Notes under the pieces: generated by a model
Database searches by the model: none
The model's input: the letters and a program-made list of their open reading frames with translations, nothing else
What the model was told of the DNA's origin: nothing
Translations under genes and position numbers: made by a program
Part shown: piece by piece, positions 1-6,706 of the stretch
Layout of the letters: every line of letters starts with the position of its first letter
How positions within the stretch are numbered: position 1 is the stretch's first letter
NCBI GenBank assembly: GCA_016748015.1
Contig: JAAOMT010000549.1
Location: 1-6,706 of the forward strand
Direction of reading: 5' to 3'
DNA: 6,706 nucleotides
Source of the DNA: Geosiphon pyriformis uo1
Taxonomy: Eukaryota; Fungi; Glomeromycota

Positions 1-1122
1 AGTTTTTCTACCATAAGTCTCCACCAATTCAGACAAATCATGAGCAGTTATGTCAATTGAAAGAGTATACAACAAAGCCCAAAACCTATTCCTTGATATC
101 CATGATTGTTTATCATCGACAGTCTTTGCCACATGAACAGAATCTTTTCCCACAAGAACAAATCATCTAGCTGTGACCAAATCAACTACCTCCGATGATT
201 CAAATTCTACCAAGGCTTTTTGCCAAAAACCAATAAGCTGCATCTTGATTGATGCAATTTTTCCAAATTTAGAAAACACTGCCTCAACCACAGATTTGGA
301 AAGATTGACAGGGATCTCCTTGATTATCACCTCCCAATCTGAACGACTGTTTACTCTTCTGAGATCATTATTTACTATGATTTTTTTACTGATCGCCATA
401 TCTTTTGCCCTGCCCAAACTTAATTCAAAAATGAATATAGATCTTATTACACCAGAAAATTTTGAGGGAGTCGAAGCTCCCCCAAATCCATCAATTTGAT
501 AAAATATTTTTTTAATTGCCATTAACTTATCAATATTTGTCTTCTCAGGTACTGCCGAAACCTCAATATCTAATGTGAAAGATTTTACTGGCTTGAAGCT
601 TCGCTTTTTCATAACACGTGACTTGACAGATGGCATCTGATTGGAGCCATTAAACATTTTTGGAGACGGAAGACTAAGTGCATTTTTATCATCGCTTATG
701 GAGTCAAACGTTGGAGCCTTCGGAGGTTTGTCTAGCACATAAGTACAGGTCTGGGTTTTTCTTGGCGTAGTCTCATTCATTTCATCGTTATCACCAGATT
801 CTGCATAGCTTGTTTCTTTGGCAATAGTGTTTGCCATATTCTCTACATCCAACACCACACTCACGCTTGACTCGTCATTCTCAACTTTGCTTCCCCAAGA
901 TACTTTACATTCTTCATCACCCGAATGTAACAAAGCAGCAGGCAGAGGGCCAGCAGACAAATCCACAACTCCGCCAGTGACCTCAGGTTTCCTAGGTTTT
1001 TTATATGATGGACCACGAGAGTAGACACTTTCAACTCATGCCTTTTTTTTGGTGCCAGACCGGATCTCCAATCCAGTCAATCCAGAACCAGAACCACCAG
1101 CAGACAAAATCACCAGTTTCAT
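1..1122 (-). pseudogene. ORF1 (RRM-type nucleic-acid-binding protein) of LINE copy A, interrupted by two in-frame stops
   Basis: ATG at 1122-1120 reads MKLVILSAGGSGSGLTGLEIRSGTKKKA*VESVYSRGP..., in frame with the 163..966 ORF. TGA stops lie at 1038-1036 and 165-163. Homology continues in frame past the second stop (*FVLVGKDSVHVAKTVDDKQSWISRNRFWALLYTLSIDITAHDLSELVETYGRKT). RRM-like segment VIIKEIPVN...FSKFGKI...KALVEF at ~166-330. Confidence 0.88.
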
Positions 1123-1161
1123 GGCAACAAAAAAGGGCGTATTAAGAGAAATAACTGAAGT

Positions 1162-1188
1162 AAAAAAAAGGGAAAAGGGAAAAAAAAA
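1162..1188 (-). other. Polypyrimidine tract in the 5' UTR of copy A
   Basis: The plus strand is a pure A/G run, so the element sense strand is a T/C tract. It is positionally equivalent to 2318-2340 in copy B. Confidence 0.7.
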
Positions 1189-1210
1189 GCTATTCTATCA
1201 GCAAAAACTA

Positions 1211-1245
1211 TGCTCTCATTGTGGGCAGGGGATTGACAAGAGAAA
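1211..1245 (-). promoter_or_regulatory. Conserved 35-bp 5'-terminal motif of copy A (candidate internal promoter or RNA hairpin)
   Basis: The minus strand reads TTTCTCTTGTCAATCCCCTgcCCACAATGAGAGCA, 33/35 identical to 2262-2296. The sequence match is observed; the function is inferred. Confidence 0.6.
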
Positions 1246-1248
1246 AAA

Positions 1249-2260
1249 TCTTTTTTTTTAATATATTTTATAAATAAATATTTATTAATTTAAATTCAAA
1301 TAATTAATTATGTATAATTTATATCTATAATATTTTGTAAAATTAAAATAATTATTAAAAAATTATTTTATTAAAGCAAAATAAATAAAAATAAAAATAA
1401 TAAATAATAAATAAAAAAATTAAATATAGTTTAATTTATTTTTAATATTATATATATTTTAATAATTGTTTATAATTTAAATCAAAAACATGTAAATATG
1501 TATTATAAAATAAATTATAAAATTATATTCAATAAATTAATAAAAAATATTAAAAATATTATTAAATATTAAAATTTGCTTTAAATTAATATAGTTTTAA
1601 TAAATAAAATATTAATTATAATTTATTTAAAAAAATATAACTTGTATTTTAATTTTATAATTATAATTAAATTAAATAAAACTTATTATAAAATGCAATA
1701 ATTTTTGTTTAATAATTAATAAATAATATAATAAAATAAAAAATAAATTTTTTATTTAATAAATAAGATTTATAATAATATAAAATATATATAATCAAAT
1801 ATACATAATTTTTATAATATTTATACATAATTGGCTATTTAAAATTATATTATATTGGATTTTTTTTAAAAAAACTTATTTAAAATACTTATTTATATAT
1901 AATAAAATTAAATTATTTAAAATCAAACTTTTTATTTACGTAATTGTTATATTTGTATTAAACTTAACATTTAGAATTTAAAGCTTCTATAAAACTATTA
2001 TTTTAACAAATATTTTATTATTAAAGTTTATTTTATTAAATAAATTATTTATATTATATTTTACTTTAAGATTAATTATTTTTTTAATTGCTTTTTTTAT
2101 TTTAATAAAATTAATAAACAACATACTTATAAATATTATAAAAATACTTATAAATTTAATAACAAATTTAATTAGTAAAAACAATTCTATTAATTAAAAT
2201 TTTAAAAAAACCAATTTTAATACAACAATAAAATTAACAATAACAATAAAAAGTAAAAAT
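1249..2260. other. Extremely AT-rich (~93%) spacer between the two divergent LINE 5' ends
   Basis: Hand count gives 67 G+C in 1261-2260. Compositional boundaries are sharp and coincide with both element termini. Confidence 0.95.
1378..1419 (+). repeat. Degenerate (TAA/TAAA/TAAAAA)n A-rich simple repeat
   Basis: About 42 nt of A-runs separated by single T residues. Confidence 0.6.
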
Positions 2261-2261
2261 C

Positions 2262-2296
2262 TTTCTCTTGTCAATCCCCTAACCACAATGAGAGCA
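2262..2296 (+). promoter_or_regulatory. Conserved 35-bp 5'-terminal motif of copy B (candidate internal promoter or RNA hairpin)
   Basis: TTTCTCTTGTCAATCCCCTaaCCACAATGAGAGCA, the inverted counterpart of 1211-1245. Confidence 0.6.
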
Positions 2297-2317
2297 AAAA
2301 ATTTTTTGGAAAAATTA

Positions 2318-2340
2318 CTTTTCTTTCTTCTTTTTTCTTT
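2318..2340 (+). other. Polypyrimidine tract in the 5' UTR of copy B
   Basis: 23 consecutive pyrimidines followed by AG at 2341-2342. Confidence 0.7.
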
Positions 2341-3183
2341 AGTTTATTCAAGTCATTTCTTCTACTGGATCTCTCTTTGTTATGATAAAACCAATTGGCT
2401 CATCTGTTGGTGGCTCTGGCTCGATTTTGGCTGGTCTGGGGATCCACATAAATGCTAAAAAGAACTGTTTGAATAGTGTGTATTCTCACAGTGCTTTGCA
2501 AAAAAAACTGAGAAAGCATGTCACTGGAACAAGTGTTATCGATTCATCTGCTGGCCTTTTGAGTCTTAAGAATGTGGCAAGCACTGATGGGAAGCCTGCT
2601 GTGTCTTGGAACAGTAAGGTGAGTAGCAAAGCTAGTAGTATCAGTAGTCTGTCTAATGTAGAAAACATGAAGAATATGGTTGCCAAGAAAACGAGTTATG
2701 CAGAATCTGACAATTCAGTGATTGACGAGGACATGGACGACACAATGCCGCAAAAAACTCGCACCTGAATGTATGTGCTCAGCCAACTTCCAAAAGGTCT
2801 GATGTTTACTTATATGAGCAATGTTGATAATAACAATGCTATATTGCTTCTATCATTTAATTTTAGTGGTTCCAAGCATCTTTCATTGGCTGAATCATGT
2901 GTTTCAGAAAAACAGAGCTTCAATTTGACCAAATCTTTTGTTCTTGATATTGAGCTTTCAGCTGTGCCTGGTAAGACTGTTGGTAATAAGTTGATCTGTG
3001 TGAAAAAAATTTTTTATCAAATAGATGGTTTTGGGGGGGGCGTCAACTCCCTCAAAATTTTCTGGGATTATCAGATCTTCATTTACTTTAGAGTTGAGTT
3101 TAAAAAGAGCTAGAGAATTAGCAATTCATGAGAAAATTGTGGCAAATAATAATGTCAGACAAGTAAACAAACTTTCGGATCAG

Positions 3184-3351
3184 ATAATTGTTGTTAAGGA
3201 GATTCTGGTCAATTTTCCCAAATTGGCTGTGAAATCTGTTTTTTCCAAGTTTGGCAGAGTTGTATCAATTAAGATACAATTGATTGGTCTGTGGCAAAAA
3301 GCTTTAGTGGAGTTTGAGTTATCTGAAATTGCTGATTTGGTTGCAGCTAAA
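3184..3351 (+). other. RRM-like domain in ORF1
   Basis: RNP2-like IVVKEI, helix-loop VFSKFGRVVSIKI and RNP1-like KALVEF, all conserved in copy A. Confidence 0.75.
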
Positions 3352-3633
3352 TGATCTGTTTTCATGGGAAAGAATTCTGTTCATGTGGCAAAAGCTGTTA
3401 AGGATAAACAATCGTGGGTTTTTCCAGTTGGTACAACAGCTTATGATCTTTCAAATTTGTTGGAATCATATAGTGGAAAGACTTGTTTTATTGGCCATAA
3501 TCCCAGTTCATATGTGTGTGATAGATGTGTAGTTGTGTGTTTTGGTGATAAGACATCTAAATTGGCTGCTATTAGTTCTGTTCCAGTTTATAAGGATGTG
3601 AATTTGCACTGGGCTGGTCTTTTTCTGGCTTGT

Positions 3634-3675
3634 TGTGCCAAGTGTAAACAATTGGGTCATATCTCTACAGAGTGT
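3634..3675 (+). other. CCHC zinc knuckle (C-X2-C-X4-H-X4-C) in ORF1
   Basis: CAKCKQLGHISTEC matches the gag-type knuckle spacing exactly. Confidence 0.9.
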
Positions 3676-4326
3676 TCATTGGGCAGAAATTCTGGTGCTC
3701 GTAATAAGTGGGTGGTAAATTTTCAAAATCAGATGTGATTGGCCAACATATATAAGAAGAAGCAGGCTCTTATTGCTCATCTAGTTTCTTTTAGTGACAA
3801 AACTTGGGCTCAAGTTGCTAGTGGATCTCTTTTTCATGTGGTTTCTTCAGTCTTTTCTGGTGCTGGTGTGTCTTCTGGTGGGAAACTTTTATCATTGGTG
3901 TCTTTTCCTCCCAATGTCTCTGGTTTGAGTGATTATTTGGCAGCTCTGGAATGCTCTTTGGAGCTTTTGGCGGATTGTGTTAGATATTTTAAAAAGATTG
4001 AATGGTGTTGAATTGGTGCCATTGGCACCTCCTTCTTGTGTTTCTCTGCCAGTTGTCTCTGTACTTAAGATGTCAATTTTAAACTCAGATATGTTTGTGG
4101 ATAGTGTGTTGACATTTTCTGACCCCCTCTTTTCAAATATTGATGTGTCAAATGCTGGTTTTGGTTTTAGCGTTTCTAAGGTTTTAACTACCAAGGTGGG
4201 TGGTTTAGAATCTAAATTGTTAGCTTTGAATGCTTCTGTTGGTATGGTTTTGGCAAGATTGAATTGTTTTTGTGTTGGTGCTGGTTTTTTGCTCCCTCAA
4301 TCTTCCCAATGAGCAGTCTGGTTTGG

Positions 4327-5000
4327 AAATTTGCTACATGTAATGTTCGTGGTCTGATTGTTCTTGCTAAACAAGGGGATGTTGTCTATTGGCATAAAGA
4401 ATTAGGCAATATAGTGTTTTTTGTTACAGAAACCAAGTTGTGCTCTAGCATTAAATCTTGAATTGCTGATAGATTTGATGGTGTCCGTATTTTCATGTCA
4501 GGTCTGGATAAGGGGTTTTTTGGTGCTGGGGTGACTATTATTATGGACAGTTTCTTGGCTCATCATGTTTCTAAGGTGAAGGAGATTTCCAGTCGGGTTA
4601 TTTCTGTTTGGCTCTTGTTTAAGGACAAGCTTTCAGTCACTTTTTTGGGGTTGTATGCAGGTGCTTCTTCTGGGGTCAGGTATGATCAGGCTTCTGAGGT
4701 TAATTCTCTCATTGCGAGAACTGTTAACTCCAGCACTTTTGTTGTTTTGGGTGGGAACTTTAATGAAAATGAATCTGGTAAAAATGCGAATTTCAAATTT
4801 TGGTTGGATTTGGGTTTAGTCAATTCATTTGTTGGTTTTTGTTTGGCTGGATCTCCTACATGGAGCAACTCAAAAGGGGTTGAAAAAATGATTGATTACA
4901 TTTTTGTTAGTAAGAACTTATCATCTGCTATTGCTGGTTATAAGGTTGCCTTAGTTTCAGATTTTTTTAACACTGACCACAGAGCAGTGGTAATGTCAGT
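4327..5000 (+). other. APE-like (EEP) endonuclease domain
   Basis: NVRG (4342-4353), ETK (4429-4437), GAGV, GGNFN (= GDFN with D>N at 4756), PTW, IDYIF (4891-4905) and TDH (4972-4980). Confidence 0.92.
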
Positions 5001-5859
5001 TAGCTTGAGTGGACTCCTGAATATTTGTTTGAATAGCTTGCACAAGCAGGCAAACAGGGATCATTGGAAGTTCAAAATCAAGAATGCTAGTGGTGCTCAA
5101 TGGGCCAAGTTCAAAGATCTTTTGTCAGTCAAGCTCATGTTTTTGAGTGAGTTGTTCTCTAGTGCTGAATCACGTGGAGATGTGGATGCTATATAAGCAG
5201 TTTTGAAGGAAGCTGTGGTGGAGTCTGCTGATGCAACATTTTTGAGACATTGGTTTAACAAATTTAAGTGTTCAAGAAACAAACATTCTTCTAAGTTTTT
5301 TGGTTTGGAATTGTTAGTGGCCAAGATTGTCAAAGCATTTCACTCTGATGATTTGTCTGAGGTCAATTGTCTAGTGAGTAGGTGGTCAACTTTAGATGCC
5401 AAAGCTCATGCTTTTGATGTCTTATTCTGCTTAGGTGTAAAGTCTGAAGTTATTGTTAAACATTTGTCATTGGTCTACAGAGACTACAGGAGATCAAAAA
5501 TGTTTGAGTCAAGGTTGGCTGAAGAAGCTTTTATCAGAAAGGCAATTGAGAAACACATGGAAAATTTCTGTTTGGATAAAGGTAGTATGATTAAAAGTGT
5601 ATTGGACAGACCCTTTTGCAAAGTGGTATTGGATTACTTAGTGGTTGATAATGAGCTGATTCTAGAATCTGAGGAGGTAAAGTTGAGTGTGAACAAGATT
5701 ATGGAGAGATAGACAAGAAAGCACTCAGTGCTTTTAGTGCTCTCTGACCTTTGGGCCCATCAGTATGTGCCTTTAGAATATGTTTAAGATGATGCTTTTT
5801 CTGGTGTTATGTGTGTGGTCAATATGGATGAGTTGCTTTCAGTTGTTTTTAGTCTGTCT

Positions 5860-6706
5860 GATGGCAAGACCGCTGGTTTGTCTAGTATTTTGAATAAGCT
5901 GTGGAAACATAGTGGTAAGGTGGCTCTGAGGTGCCTGTTGAAGCTGTTAAATATGTGTTTGACTGTTGGTTTGGTGCCTGCTTTGTGGAAAAAGGCATGA
6001 GTTTTGATGATTCTTAAGCTTTATAACTGGGATGGCATTCTTATAAACACTTGGCTCATTGCTTTAATTGAAACTGCCAGAAAAATCCTTTCTAAAATTC
6101 TGTTTGATTGTATTTTGGTGGCTTGTAGCAAGTTTAATGTGTTTCAAAGTGACAATTTTTCAGTGTTGAAAGATATGTTCACACAATCTCCAGGATTTGC
6201 TATTGGGTCAGTGATCAAGGATGCTCTTAAAAAGAATAGAGAAGTGTGGTTGGTTTTGCAGGACATGCGGAAAGCCTACAATTCAGTGGGATAACATCAT
6301 TTAAAAGCTAGCTTGTGGCATATTAAGATGTATGATAGATTCATTAGATTTTTTGGTGGTATTTACAAGGACAGAGTTAATAGGATGATGACTGACTTTG
6401 GTTTGTCTAGTGGTTATAGGGTACATAATGGACTGGATCAGAGTGAGGTCTTTTCACCTCTTCTGTAGAGGATCTTTTATGACCCTTTTTTGAGTGAAAT
6501 CAAGAGGCACAAACAATTATGTAGATATTAAATTAATACTAGATTTGTTTTAAAGACTGGATGGATTGAGAGTGGTAGAAGTCTCACCTCGTATTTTTCA
6601 GCTGGTACATTTGTTAATGATACAATCTGGGTTGGGAATTGTCAAGCCTTCACTCAGTACGCTTTGGACATTGCCAGTGAGTTTTTTGAGGTCAATGATA
6701 TTTCTA
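5860..6706 (+). other. Non-LTR reverse transcriptase domain (partial)
   Basis: KTAGLSSI (KAPGxDG-like), MILK (IPK), NTWLIALIETARKILSKIL (RPIxL...KILxK), QDMRKAYNSV (DxxKAFDSV, 6259-6288), GLDQSEVFSPLL (GxxQGxxLSPLL, 6430-6465) and FVND (F/YxDD, 6610-6621). Confidence 0.93.

Larger units (their letters stand above)
1..1248 (-). mobile_element. Non-LTR retrotransposon (LINE) copy A, 5' portion (5' UTR + part of ORF1); continues beyond window start
   Basis: The reverse complement is colinear with 2260-~3483 of the plus-strand element that carries APE and RT. It has the same 35-bp terminal motif, a pyrimidine tract and a homologous ORF1 (identical 21-aa block KKIFYQIDGFGGASTPSKFSG). Confidence 0.92.
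2382..4312 (+). pseudogene. ORF1 of LINE copy B (Ser/Lys-rich N-terminus, RRM-like domains, CCHC zinc knuckle, C-terminal heptad segments)
   Basis: Joins track ORFs 2382..2768, 2769..~3040, ~3040..3354, 3355..3738, 3739..~3980 and ~3980..4312. Internal TGA at 2766, 3352 and 3736. There is a +1 G in the G8 run 3033-3040 (copy A reads FGGASTP without a shift) and a second, inferred frameshift near 3976-3982. Confidence 0.88.
2260..6706 (+). mobile_element. Non-LTR retrotransposon (LINE, APE-RT type, two-ORF organisation) copy B, apparently 5'-complete, inactive; continues beyond window end
   Basis: 5' motif and UTR, then ORF1 with RRM-like regions and a CCHC knuckle, then ORF2 with APE motifs followed by non-LTR RT motifs. 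This is the canonical LINE order. Confidence 0.95.
4309..6706 (+). pseudogene. ORF2 (APE endonuclease + reverse transcriptase) of LINE copy B, 3'-partial
   Basis: A single reading frame runs from ATG 4309 to the window end, with stops at 4459, 5194, 5710, 5785, 5998, 6292, 6466 and 6529. APE and RT motifs all lie in this frame. Confidence 0.93.

Noticed and set aside
173-1261. Plus-strand ORFs 173..499, 818..1024 and 1049..1261
   Set aside because: They are antisense shadows of copy A ORF1 and UTR with no independent motifs. The similarity of 173..499 to 3180..3365 simply mirrors sense-strand homology.
1741-1895. Short palindromes and direct repeats in the AT core (aaataaa-ttt-tttattt, tatacataatt x2, acttattta x2, T8A7); CRISPR or foldback structure
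   Set aside because: These are expected by chance at ~93% AT. There is no regular repeat-spacer period, and the two halves of the spacer do not align as an inverted repeat.
2277-2284. Telomere-like CCCTAACC within the 5' motif
   Set aside because: It is a single unit, and copy A has CCCTGCCC at the same place.
1211-2296. MITE or DNA transposon with 35-bp terminal inverted repeats enclosing the AT tract
   Set aside because: Homology between the two sides continues outward into the UTR and ORF1, not inward, so the repeats are the 5' ends of two LINEs.
3030-3040. Programmed frameshift at TTTGGGGGGGG
   Set aside because: Copy A reads through in frame with GGG GGA GCT. The extra G is homopolymer slippage or a sequencing error.
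2486-5333. Minus-strand ORFs 2486..2686, 3180..3365, 3892..4194, 4686..4868, 5097..5333 and off-frame 3314..3532
   Set aside because: They are shadows or alternative frames of ORF1/ORF2 of copy B with no recognisable domains.
2382-6294. A multi-gene operon or prokaryotic RT system (retron, DGR, group II intron)
   Set aside because: The small ORFs join into two LINE ORFs. APE + RT after an RRM/CCHC ORF1 is a eukaryotic non-LTR layout.
4459-6531. Alternative genetic code (TGA = Trp) making ORF2 intact
   Set aside because: TAA and TAG stops also interrupt the frame, and catalytic Asp residues are mutated.

Overview
Eukaryotic, repeat-derived DNA with no intact gene. Two degenerate copies of one non-LTR retrotransposon (LINE; APE endonuclease + RT) family sit head-to-head, pointing away from each other, separated by ~1 kb of ~93% A+T DNA (67 G+C in 1261-2260, hand count). 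The left copy (minus strand, ~1248 to window start) shows its 5' end and ORF1 as far as a second RRM-like region. The right copy (plus strand, ~2260 to window end) shows a 5' UTR, ORF1 (RRM-like domains, one CCHC knuckle, C-terminal heptad segments) and ORF2 (APE, linker, RT to just past motif C). The fragmented ORF track is these ORFs broken by stops and two ORF1 frameshifts. Main observations: a 35-bp 5'-terminal motif is 33/35 identical between copies only ~64% identical in ORF1 protein and lies exactly 123 nt from the homologous start codon in both; ORF1 stop and ORF2 start overlap as ATGA; ORF2 has 8 stops but no frameshift, with C:G>T:A-type lesions on both strands (RIP-like); and the LINE / AT-core / LINE layout resembles centromere-like loci. 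From memory the proteins resemble Glomeromycotina (e.g. Geosiphon) LINE-derived proteins; that host assignment is unverified.
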